This document shows, piece after piece, positions 1 to 10,379 of a stretch of 54,492 nt of DNA; the stretch's first letter is position 1; every line of letters begins with the position of its first letter. The DNA is from Octopus bimaculoides (taxonomy: Eukaryota): assembly GCF_001194135.2 (NCBI RefSeq), contig NC_068989.1:37265933-37320424 (forward strand). The letters run 5' to 3'. A model generated the notes under the pieces. That model was given only the letters and a program-made list of their open reading frames with translations, was not told the DNA's origin and searched no databases. A program made the position numbers and the translations under genes.

Positions 1-43
<43 letters not shown>
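1..43. repeat. (TA)n microsatellite
   Basis: Direct reading of the sequence. Confidence 0.95.
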
Positions 44-44
<1 letters not shown>

Positions 45-639
45 GGCAAGTAAGAAGACGGAGAGAATATAAAATCGACAGTCATCAGCCAGTAAACATC
101 CAAGTATTTCTATTTATTCAATTGTATTAGGTGAATACACACACATGTATGAATGGTACAGATCAACGAGTGGAAAAAGCTGGTAACTGCATAGACAAGG
201 GTGTGAATATAAATAAGTATATAGGAACAAATTAGCAAAAATATAAATGGGTGTGCAGGTACTAGTTCGTTACGGCCGTTTCTGCCAAGAGGCAACCAAA
301 TCTAGGTTATCTCCATCACTTCAGTGTTATGCAGAAATGAACAGACAAGGCGTGGATAATGAATGTGCCCCTAGGCTTCTTCGGAAGGTCTTAGCAGTTG
401 TCGGGGCTAACACATAAAATCAGTTAAGAATAGATAAGGTGTGCTTATCCTTTTAAATAGAGTTAGAATAAGAATGAGAACAAAAACAAGAATACAAGTG
501 AAATACAACAGAGTACAGTAATGTGTTTATAACAAGGGGAAATAAGGTACAGACTTCCCATAAAGTATTTATAAAATCCATGGTATTTCATCCAGTGGTG
601 GGTAGGTGAATAAAGTCACTTTCAGGAGGAATTTTGTGT

Positions 640-775
640 ATGTCCCCCCATTACTGCTTGACAATCGGTTTGGGATTGTTTACGTCACCGTAGCCTTACA
701 GTTCGGCAAAGAAAACCGATAGAATAAGTTCTAGACTGTAAAATAAGTACTGGGTTTGATTCGTTCAGAAATTCA
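640..775 (+). mobile_element. SINE 3' fragment (family 2)
   Basis: GTTTACGTCACCGTAGCCTTACAGTTCGGCAAAGAAAACCGATAGAATAAGT matches the reverse complement of the SINE tail at 28935-29100. Confidence 0.6.
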
Positions 776-1805
776 CTACATTGTTATCTTAGCTAAGATA
801 GCAGTCACAAATAAAAGTGAAATGAGATGTAGTGATGGTAATTATGATGTACAGAATGTGCAACGTCAATCTGCATGACAAGCTAAACACAAATAGAGTG
901 GGAGATTGATTTAGCATGGGACAATGATGAAAATCAATGATGGCTGATGCGTGAAACTGGGGTTTATGTTGAATGAATTTTGGGAGTGGAAAATCAAAGA
1001 AGGCAGAAGATATGGAAAGATCTTAGAATCTCGGTTCTCACAGAGAAGAGATTATATATAACAAATCATTATAGAAAGTAGTGACAGGTAGTACAACAAA
1101 ACTCGTCAATGTACATCAGAATGAGAAAATGGAAGATAAAACGATGAAGTTTATGACAATGAAGATAAAGACACTACTGCTGCTGCTGTGGCTGATAATA
1201 AATAATAATAATGAGGAGGAGGTGGAGGGTAAAGAGAAAGAAGGCAGGATATTAAAAGCTTGAATTATTAAAGAAATATATGTCAGTGGTTCAGAATGTA
1301 TGAATTACTAAGTCTGTGTGTTTTTCTATTTTTTATTTCTTAGTATTTTTCTAGAATGAAGGAGTTTGTTCTTAACAAAGCAACAAAAGCTCTATAAGCG
1401 GAGTCTGGATAACAAATACGATAATTGCTATATGCCAAACTGTAAGAAAGTCTTGCATACTTTTAATGTTCTGCAATGTAATACTAGATATGTAAAAGGC
1501 CGGGAGAGTCTTTGAACATAGGTCTGCTTAATAAGGACCGATTTGGGGCTAAACTACCACAACAATAACAAAAATTTTGCATCTTTTAGCTAAAATGATC
1601 GTTATTCTCTAATTTGATCAACACGTTCATGCTTGAAGTGACTATGGATTAGACAAAGGTGAAGAAACACGAACATGGAATCTTGCTGCTTTAACTATGA
1701 TGGAAGTAATCCTGCCTTGAATAATATGTTGTACGTTAAATCCGTGTCATTCGGCTGTTATAATTATAGAACCTAGTTTCTAGAAGATTTGCTTGTTAAT
1801 TTTAG

Positions 1806-1835
1806 CAGGCCAAGCTATCATGTACAGGTTGCTTG
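1806..1835 (+). CDS. Candidate micro-exon, unknown host gene
   Basis: TTAATTTTAG acceptor and GTATGT donor; RPSYHVQVA (phase 2 to 2). Picked by eye. Confidence 0.25.
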
Positions 1836-1865
1836 GTATGTATGATGGTGAAAATAATGAGCCTG

Positions 1866-1867
<2 letters not shown>

Positions 1868-1910
<43 letters not shown>

Positions 1911-2335
1911 NNNNNNNNNNNNNNNNNNNNNNNNNNNNNNNNNNNNNNNNNNNNNNNNNNNNNNNNNNNNNNNNNNNNNNNNNNNNNNNNNNNNNNNNNN
2001 NNNNNNNNNNNNNNNNNNNNNNNNNNNNNNNNNNNNNNNNNNNNNNNNNNNNNNNNNNNNNNNNNNNNNNNNNNNNNNNNNNNNNNNNNNNNNNNNNNNN
2101 NNNNNNNNNNNNNNNNNNNNNNNNNNNNNNNNNNNNNNNNNNNNNNNNNNNNNNNNNNNNNNNNNNNNNNNNNNNNNNNNNNNNNNNNNNNNNNNNNNNN
2201 NNNNNNNNNNNNNNNNNNNNNNNNNNNNNNNNNNNNNNNNNNNNNNNNNNNNNNNNNNNNNNNNNNNNNNNNNNNNNNNNNNNNNNNNNNNNNNNNNNNN
2301 NNNNNNTATATATATATATATGTATATGTATATAT
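1868..2335. other. (TA)n-flanked assembly gap (N 1911-2306)
   Basis: N run. Other gaps: 7798-8113, 9455-9979, 11281-11913, 14371-15067, 30708-30825, 52541-52803. Confidence 0.98.
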
Positions 2336-2336
2336 G

Positions 2337-3590
2337 CAGGGTGTGATGAGTAAATTGTCACCATTTTATATTTTTTAATTAGCGCATGCGCATTACTTGT
2401 TTTTGATTTTGTCGACTACATAGTATAGTAGGGTCAGTTGGGCACCGTCTGCGAGCAAAAAGCACTATGAGGCAATTAACTGTGCCCAAAATTTGAAAAA
2501 GACATGCTATATTACATGGCATTCGCGCCGGAAGCTCCAATACGAACATTTCAGAGCGTTTGGGTGTCAATCTGAGGACAGTGCAGAGAATTCGATAAAA
2601 GTTGAATGGGTCTAATGGGGGTTACGAAGGTACGGCAGCCTGGAAAACTCACTCGGATCGTTCTGATAAGAAAAGAACTCCTGGATTTGTTGGTGAGATC
2701 AAGACCATGATTGACAACTATCCTTCCAAGTCAACCAGGTCCATCGCCAGGGATATGGGAGTGTCTGAGTTTCTTATTAGGCATGTAATGCGTGAAGACG
2801 TTCGGTATTCTTCATACGAGCTGTGAAAGGGCAAATTTTTATCCCAAGCCATCAAGGACGAGAAGAAAGACCGTGCTACGAAGCTTTTGAACAAGTTCAA
2901 GCATCCAACCGAACATGCTTTGGTTTTTCTCAGCCAAGAAAAACCGTTCGCTTGCCGTGACCCTAAAACATGTGACAAGAGTGATAATAAAAATCAAACA
3001 TCCAGCCAGCATCATGGTGTCTGGCGTGAGCATTAATGATGGCGACGTTATGCTTCCATTCATCTTCCCACACGACCTCAGACTCAACACAAAAGTCTAC
3101 ATCAAGTACCTGGATGATGCAGTGCTGCCCCGAGTGAATAGTGTGGCTGCTGGAAGACCCTATGTCTGGCAACAGGACTCTGCACCTTGTCACACAAGCC
3201 GAAGAACCCAATCATAGCTGTCAGACCATTTCTGCGACCACATCACCCCTAAAATCTGGCCACCTAACTCCCCAGGTTTCCTCTCCCTTGATTAGTATGG
3301 GGCGCAGTTGAACGAGAGGCCAACAAAACTTCTTGTAACACAAATGATGAACTAAAGGCAACGATTATGGCAGCATTCACCAAATTAAACAAGGAGACCG
3401 TCCAGAAGAGTTGCGGCAGATTCCGAAGTTGCCTGGAGGCTGCGGTTGAAGCCAATGGCGATTTTATTGAATAAGTTTACTCTTTAATATTTCAAAGGTA
3501 TTTTTTATGCAATTTTGGTAAATATATCTGTTAAAATGAAATGTCAGTGTTATTTTCATTTTTAGACGACAATTTATTCACCGCACGCTG
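2337..3590 (+). mobile_element. Tc1/mariner DNA transposon, DD37D (maT-type), decayed
   Basis: Imperfect ~26-bp TIRs (CAGGGTGTGATGAGTAAATTGTCACC vs rc CAGCGTGCGGTGAATAAATTGTCGTC) with TA at the right end. Disrupted transposase with WQQDSAPCH...WPPNSPGFLSLD, and 37 residues between the 2nd and 3rd Asp. Confidence 0.88.
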
Positions 3591-3595
3591 TATAT

Positions 3596-3600
3596 ATGTA

Positions 3601-3673
<73 letters not shown>

Positions 3674-3827
3674 GTATGTGTATACATACACGCACACACA
3701 CACACACATATATATATAACATACTTTGGTGTACTGGAATATGTGGATGTGGTTCATGAGTTTGCAGCTTGGATTATAACCTTTTAAAAATATCACACCC
3801 CCACACATACATATATATATACATACA

Positions 3828-3920
<93 letters not shown>
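3596..3920. repeat. Compound (TATC)n/(CA)n/(TACA)n/(TA)n microsatellites
   Basis: Direct reading. Confidence 0.95.
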
Positions 3921-4669
3921 GTACCCATCTGTCTGTCAGTCTGTCTCTCTATAGACACACATGTCAGAAATTAAATGGAAAGCTGTTACTGTAAAGAACT
4001 GAAGCTGCAGTACGACTGACGCATATCTACAAAAATTACTTTTTCGTCCCAGAACTGAAGAAATACAGATATAATCTGGACGAAAATTTGAAACCAAAAA
4101 TATGAGATAACAGATCTCATATAGAGATAGACATGATGTGAAGTTTCCTGTGAAGCTGTATATTCCTTCTTTCTCTCCCTCTTCGACTCTGTCTCTTTCT
4201 CCTTCTTTCTGTCCAACGAATATCATTGTAACCAGCAGAACGGAACCCAGTCTTCCAATTAATAGCGAGAAAATGTTCCATGTAATTGCAGTTATATAAT
4301 CATCTTTTTCTCAATAATCATTCAAGTGGAATGTTGACAGTTCTGCGAGAAGGTGACGTACTTGACATATTCCGAAGATTTCTAGATTAGCCATTAACTT
4401 CGCTGTCAAAAACATATGGCTTTACATAAACTGACGATACAAAAGAAACCAAAAAACCCCAACAAAAAAACAACAAACAAACAAAAAGCAAAAATAAGGA
4501 CAAAAAACCCAAATACGTGTGCATATTAAATGGTTGTGACATGCTTATGACAAGTGGAATGCTGATGGCTGAATATTATTCTACTATATCTCATCATAAC
4601 TGCCAACATTATCACTACAATTACCACCATCGCACGTATTAAGAATAATAATGGTGATGATTGACGATG

Positions 4670-4687
4670 GTGATAATAATAATAATG

Positions 4688-4756
<69 letters not shown>

Positions 4757-4991
4757 TGATGATGATGATGATTATGATGATGATAACAGCAACAACAATA
4801 CTCATTATGACAGCCACTTCCAATACTACTACCACTGTCTTCATACTTCTCATCACCATCATCGTTGTTGTCTTTATTGTTGCCATCATCATCATCACCA
4901 CCACCAACAACGCCACTACCAGCACCACCAGCACCAGCACCACCAGCACCACCATCACCACCACCACCACTACCACCATTATCGTCTTGCG

Positions 4992-5074
<83 letters not shown>

Positions 5075-5160
5075 TCAGTACCAGCAGCAACACCATGGTT
5101 ATAGATATTGTGGCCCACCTCCTCCTCATTCTCCCCCTCTACCACTACTGCCTGCTCCCC
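4670..5160. repeat. Compound trinucleotide array (TAA)n-(TGA)n-(CAC)n-(CAT)n-(CAG)n
   Basis: Direct reading; explains the homopolymeric ORFs at 4584-5250. Confidence 0.95.
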
Positions 5161-5384
5161 ATTATTACCATCTGATTTTCTTTCCTCTTCAACTGGGTGT
5201 ATTATTGAGAAGTATTGTTTACAATTACAGAAGTCTGTGATAAAACACACCCCCTTAACACAGAATTAAATTGACAAAGAAGCAAATCATCTGACCTCTG
5301 ACCTCCAAATAAAAGAGCTGAGCGTTCGGTAATTTGGAAACCTTATATAACATTAGAAGACCATAAAAATAATTTCTTAGCAGA

Positions 5385-6150
5385 CTCCCAAATGGCGATT
5401 TATTAACATCACTAAAAGTAAATTAGGTAAAGAGATTGTAAAAAATGCATTAGATTCAATCAACAACAGGATAGACATCGACATTTTCCGTTGGCATATA
5501 ATGACATTTCAGTTATTAAATAGTTTAGTGACATAAACAGTAAACATAACTGGAAATTTACACAATTTGATAGAATAGAATTCTGCCTCTCATAACCAGA
5601 CTACTCCTACAAAACACCTTAGAGATTTTGTCGTTGAGGTAATATAATTAGTGACATATCCACCAAAGAAAAATGAAAAGATTTGCTGAATTATTCTGGG
5701 TCATATGCTGAGACACAAATATTCGACATTCGTATGGAGTCTTTGGATGGAACTAAAATATGCATTTTAATAAGGTTCCTTATTCTAGACTCATACCAAA
5801 CAACGTTTGACCCATTACAGCTAGGACTTTTCAGAAATGACGGACTGATCTTCTCTCGTATTGAGTATAGCCATCAAACAGATAAGGTTAAAAAAATCTA
5901 ATTGACACGTTGAACCAGCACTAGCATCTATATCAGTATTGTTAATAAATAACATAACTCTAAACCTAAACTCTGACCGGCATAAATTCTAATTGATAGA
6001 GAAATTAAAATTACAATGAGACCTTACTAGACATTCACAAATACATTAACTCTCTTCAGCTATTTTCAAAATCTACCTTAGTAACGCTAGTAACGAATCA
6101 TATTCTCAAACAAAATATCTTTCACCTCAGAACAGAATTAATATACAGAA
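5385..6150 (+). mobile_element. Penelope-like element (Neptune-type) reverse transcriptase remnant
   Basis: Frame-broken peptides RFINITKSKLGKEIVKNALDSINN, VIK*FSDINSKHNWKFTQFD and LGLFRNDGL (compare the Neptune YRDDGL motif). Confidence 0.7.
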
Positions 6151-6429
6151 ACGGATAATACATTATGTACCATGACAGAACAATATAGATGTTATGTCAC
6201 TCCGTATAATTCATATTTTACAATAGACCATGTGTTTCGCTAGATCATTAATAAACATTGTGTTACAAAGAGCTACATTATACTGAAGGTTACTCTACTT
6301 CTGCTGATACATTTATTAACCACACCCAGACAAATCCAAATAGAAAAACCTCACCATCCAAATACAACAGTTATATTACCTTAAAAATATTGGGTATTAA
6401 GGGAAATTCCAACTGAATATCACAATATA

Positions 6430-7506
6430 CGAGGGCCTGCCGAAACGTTCATAGGCTAACCAAGATAATTTAATGGAATGTTACCAAATGAAAGAAAAAA
6501 TGCAGCTCTTAATAAGAAGAGTGGTCATCAATGCATGCAAGATTTCACAGTTCTAGCATCGCTCTTTCATAGTCAGCTTATGACCTTCACAGCCTATATA
6601 TATCAATAAGTATCGGGACTGTTGCTATGATAACGGAGCTAAAGAACGCAGAGAGAAACCACTTGGCCAGAATCATTATGAATTTTGTCGCGATTGCACA
6701 TTAAGTTATGATGTTCTCCCTCACTTCTGTTGTTTATAGCAGTGCTTGGAAGTAAAGTGTGTAGAGCGTGGTTCTCTCACCGAGAAAATTGGGATTCTAT
6801 ATCAAGTTTTGCTAAAAGCTTGGTGATATCTGTGCAGTGATCTACGCAAAGTTATAAGAAGTGTTTGGAGAGAAGTGTATGAGCCGGACACCAGTGTACA
6901 TGTGCTTCACATGTTTCCTAGATGTCCGAGAAAATGTCTACAGTGACGCATGTTCTGGGAGACCTGCAGCCAGTAGAAGTGACGAAGACGTCGTAAATGT
7001 GCGTGCAGCTGTTCACAAAGATAGTCGAATCACCATGCGTAAATTGTCAGAGAAGGTTAGGGTTAGGGTTAAGGTTAGTCACGATTCAGTTAGGTTCATT
7101 CTCAATGAAGAATTGGGTATACGACGTGTGTCTAGCAAGCTTGTGCCAAAACTGCTTTCAGTTGCAGCAGTGTTTGGCGATGTATAACATTCCCCAGGTC
7201 CGACAACCACCATCTTCTCCAGATTACGCCCTTTGCAACTTTCCCCACTTTCTAAAAATGAAATTCCTTGAAAGGAACAAGATTTCAAGATGTCGAGGAA
7301 GTCCAAGACAATGAAACAGGGCAGATTCTCGCTATCTCAGAAAAGGAGTTCCAACAATGGTTCTATCAATGGAAACGACATTGGATAAAATGTGTGGCTT
7401 CAGACGGGGTATACTTCGAAGGAGATTAAATGCCGAATTGATATGCTTGTAATTTATTTTTATAGCACTTGTCCCAATACTTTTGGTACTTTTTGATCAG
7501 ACCTCG
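6430..7506 (+). mobile_element. mariner transposon remnant, internally deleted
   Basis: TA-CGAGG...CCTCG-TA termini. Peptide SGRPAAS...ITMRKLSEK...LGIRRVSSKLVPKLL is typical of the mariner HTH/linker; C-terminal FYQWKRHWIKCVASDGVYFEG. Confidence 0.8.
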
Positions 7507-7510
7507 TATG

Positions 7511-7565
<55 letters not shown>

Positions 7566-7566
7566 T

Positions 7567-7797
7567 ATAGAGATATTAATATTTCTAAGTCTCTCTAAAG
7601 GAGACTACGGCAGCGGTACTGGATATTAATAATTATCGCTAAGCCAGCATGGCAGTCCCAAATATAGGACGAATGCTGCCGTGGATTAGCTCCAAGAGGC
7701 CATCGCCTCTAGCTAGTTATGTGACACACGAATCTGTGTCCTTTATAACCTTCGAACAGGGGAGGTCAGCAGCTTCCCCTTGCTGGTTTGGCATCTG
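7567..7797 (-). mobile_element. Retrozyme-like family A, partial copy (cut by gap)
   Basis: 7567-7620 = rc of 8114-8167 and 7625-7797 = rc of 8300-8472 (1 mismatch seen), joined by GGAT. This is a circular permutation of the 8114-8472 copy. Confidence 0.75.
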
Positions 7798-8113
7798 NNN
7801 NNNNNNNNNNNNNNNNNNNNNNNNNNNNNNNNNNNNNNNNNNNNNNNNNNNNNNNNNNNNNNNNNNNNNNNNNNNNNNNNNNNNNNNNNNNNNNNNNNNN
7901 NNNNNNNNNNNNNNNNNNNNNNNNNNNNNNNNNNNNNNNNNNNNNNNNNNNNNNNNNNNNNNNNNNNNNNNNNNNNNNNNNNNNNNNNNNNNNNNNNNNN
8001 NNNNNNNNNNNNNNNNNNNNNNNNNNNNNNNNNNNNNNNNNNNNNNNNNNNNNNNNNNNNNNNNNNNNNNNNNNNNNNNNNNNNNNNNNNNNNNNNNNNN
8101 NNNNNNNNNNNNN

Positions 8114-8472
8114 AGTACCGCTGCCGTAGTCTCCTTTAGAGAGACTTAGAAATATTAATATCTCTATTTCTGAAAACCAGCGGATGTATTCCACTGAAAT
8201 TAGATAAATAACCTTCCTACAGATAGTCAGTAGCGACGTCTGCTGGCTTCGGCTGCTCTGCATTGACAAGGGGCAACACCCTGAAACTAGTCTAGTCTGC
8301 AGATGCCAAACCAGCAAGGGGAAGCTGCTGACCTCCCCTGTTCGAAGGTTATAAAGGACACAGATTCGTGTGTCACATAACTAGCTAGAGGCGATGGCCT
8401 CTTGGAGCTAATCCACGGCAGCATTCGTCCTATATTTGGGACTGCCATGCTGGCTTGGCGATAATTATTAAT
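8114..8472 (+). mobile_element. Retrozyme-like family A, near-complete 363-nt monomer
   Basis: Non-coding and highly self-complementary; contains a hammerhead. Period 363 nt deduced from the permuted copy. Confidence 0.75.
8241..8316 (+). ncRNA. Type I hammerhead ribozyme, variant core U3:A8
   Basis: Stem I TCTGCA(8257-62)/TGCAGA(8298-303) extended by GGC/GCC and TGCTGG/CCAGCA. Core TTGACAA 8263-69; stem II GGGG-CAACA-CCCT; GAAAC 8283-87; stem III ACTA-GTC-TAGT; GUC site, predicted cleavage after 8297. Confidence 0.82.
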
Positions 8473-8640
8473 GTATATATATTGCATTTTGGAAAATAGT
8501 ACTTTCTGAATAGAATCTGATTATTTCACATGCTCATTCTCAGCTCAACTTAAGGTCAGTGACGGTAGCATCTATATTTCCTTGAAGTAAAAACTCACAT
8601 ACAGACATACATACTCATACGCATATACACACATAGCACA

Positions 8641-8641
8641 T

Positions 8642-8712
<71 letters not shown>
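8641..8712. repeat. (CA)n microsatellite
   Basis: Direct reading. Confidence 0.95.
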
Positions 8713-8714
<2 letters not shown>

Positions 8715-8716
8715 TA

Positions 8717-8904
8717 TATTACGGAGCACACGTACACAATGTATATGCTTTGTTTGTTCGTAACTTGACGCGTTGGAGATGACTCTCTCAAAGCCGGGTG
8801 TGAAAACACCTGAAAGTCATAGCTAGGCGAGACGACTTACCCCCAAGTCCATTTCAGGAACGATGGAAATCGATGTTTCTCCATTTTTGTGGTTTATCAA
8901 AGTT
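8717..8904 (-). mobile_element. Retrozyme-like family B, inverted 5'-truncated copy with degenerate hammerhead
   Basis: Minus strand reads TTGATAA-ACC-ACAAAAAT-GGA-GAAAC-ATCGAT-TTC-CATCG-TTCCTGAA and continues homologous to about 9174-9372. Confidence 0.75.
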
Positions 8905-8934
8905 ATAGTGTAACGATTATGTAATAAACCGGCG

Positions 8935-9406
8935 CTGTGAGAGTCATTTCCAACGCATCAAATTGCAGCCGACCAGTGAACAATCAAAGCGCATACATTC
9001 TGAATGTGTGTTCGATAATGTTTACAACACATGCACTGCTTCTAATTCATATCTTGAATTTATTCCTCAACGTATGCATCGTTAGAGCATGTCAGCAGAT
9101 GGTTTTTACACCGTTATATATAGTCATGGACAAGCAATTTAATTTGCACCAGGTTCTCTTCAGGAATGTGATGCTGATAAGCCACAAAAACGGTGAAACA
9201 TCAATGTCCATCGCTTCTGAATGAGAATTGAGGTAACACGCTTCGCCTGTCCATGACTATGATTTTCAGGTGTTTTAACACCCAGCATTTTGAGAGAGTC
9301 ATATCCAACGAGTCAAATCGCAACTGACCGGCAAGCAAGCAAAGCGCATACATTTTGTATGTATGTTCGATAATGTTTACAACACTTGTGAGGCTTCAAA
9401 TTCATA

Positions 9407-9408
<2 letters not shown>
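8935..9408 (+). mobile_element. Retrozyme-like family B, 1.3 tandem monomers (period 355 nt)
   Basis: About 8935-9053 is repeated at 9290-9408 (GAGTC 8941/9296; GTTCGATAATG 9010/9365), with a hammerhead in between. Confidence 0.8.
9154..9227 (+). ncRNA. Type I hammerhead ribozyme (core CUGAUAA, possibly inactive copy)
   Basis: Stem I GTGATG/CATCGC extended by TTCAGGAA/TTCTGAA and TTCTC/GAGAA. CTGATAA 9174-80; GCC-ACAAAAAC-GGT; GAAAC 9195-99; ATCAAT; GTC 9206-08. Confidence 0.72.
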
Positions 9409-9454
<46 letters not shown>

Positions 9455-10037
9455 NNNNNNNNNNNNNNNNNNNNNNNNNNNNNNNNNNNNNNNNNNNNNN
9501 NNNNNNNNNNNNNNNNNNNNNNNNNNNNNNNNNNNNNNNNNNNNNNNNNNNNNNNNNNNNNNNNNNNNNNNNNNNNNNNNNNNNNNNNNNNNNNNNNNNN
9601 NNNNNNNNNNNNNNNNNNNNNNNNNNNNNNNNNNNNNNNNNNNNNNNNNNNNNNNNNNNNNNNNNNNNNNNNNNNNNNNNNNNNNNNNNNNNNNNNNNNN
9701 NNNNNNNNNNNNNNNNNNNNNNNNNNNNNNNNNNNNNNNNNNNNNNNNNNNNNNNNNNNNNNNNNNNNNNNNNNNNNNNNNNNNNNNNNNNNNNNNNNNN
9801 NNNNNNNNNNNNNNNNNNNNNNNNNNNNNNNNNNNNNNNNNNNNNNNNNNNNNNNNNNNNNNNNNNNNNNNNNNNNNNNNNNNNNNNNNNNNNNNNNNNN
9901 NNNNNNNNNNNNNNNNNNNNNNNNNNNNNNNNNNNNNNNNNNNNNNNNNNNNNNNNNNNNNNNNNNNNNNNNNNNNNNNATATATATACGCACATTGTCT
10001 TACCTCTAATGTATTTGTGTTTCCACTATATTTACAG

Positions 10038-10082
10038 CCGTGGAGGCAACACAACACTGAAGGCCAATGTGCTGAGATTAAC
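10038..10082 (+). CDS. Candidate micro-exon
   Basis: TTTCCACTATATTTACAG acceptor and GTATGT donor; RGGNTTLKANVLRL. Confidence 0.35.
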
Positions 10083-10379
10083 GTATGTAAACATTTCTTC
10101 TTAATTGGTGAAAGAGGAACCTAGAGGGGATTGTTAGCAATTTTCAAGCAGAAGGGAGGATAGTTTCAAAAAGTTAAGAATTCATTAAAACAAAATCATT
10201 TTCATACTTATAAAAAAGTCTTTGTTTGCAAGGGCACTGCTATACATATTTATCAGTGTTATTTGATCTCATCAATGTAGCGCATTCCTACCAATCTTGT
10301 TTTCATCAGTTGGTAGTATGTTTTCTTTAAATGATAAAAACAGCAACAATTCTGCTTAGTAATATCTTACATAAATAAT

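Noticed and set aside
271-325. Minus-strand GAAAC-GGCC-GTA with upstream CTGAAG
   Set aside because: Stem I does not pair and stem II is irregular. At best a decayed PLE end.
4347-4387. Minus-strand micro-exon candidate KLMANLEIFGICQ
   Set aside because: Isolated, with no consistent partner exons.
4584-5250. Long poly-amino-acid ORFs (poly-N/M/I/S/A/D)
   Set aside because: Pure trinucleotide microsatellite, open on both strands, with no splice or homology support.
7640-7690. HDV-like ribozyme (CGAA followed by a P2-like strand)
   Set aside because: No P1/P3/L3/P1.1 nested pseudoknot could be built.
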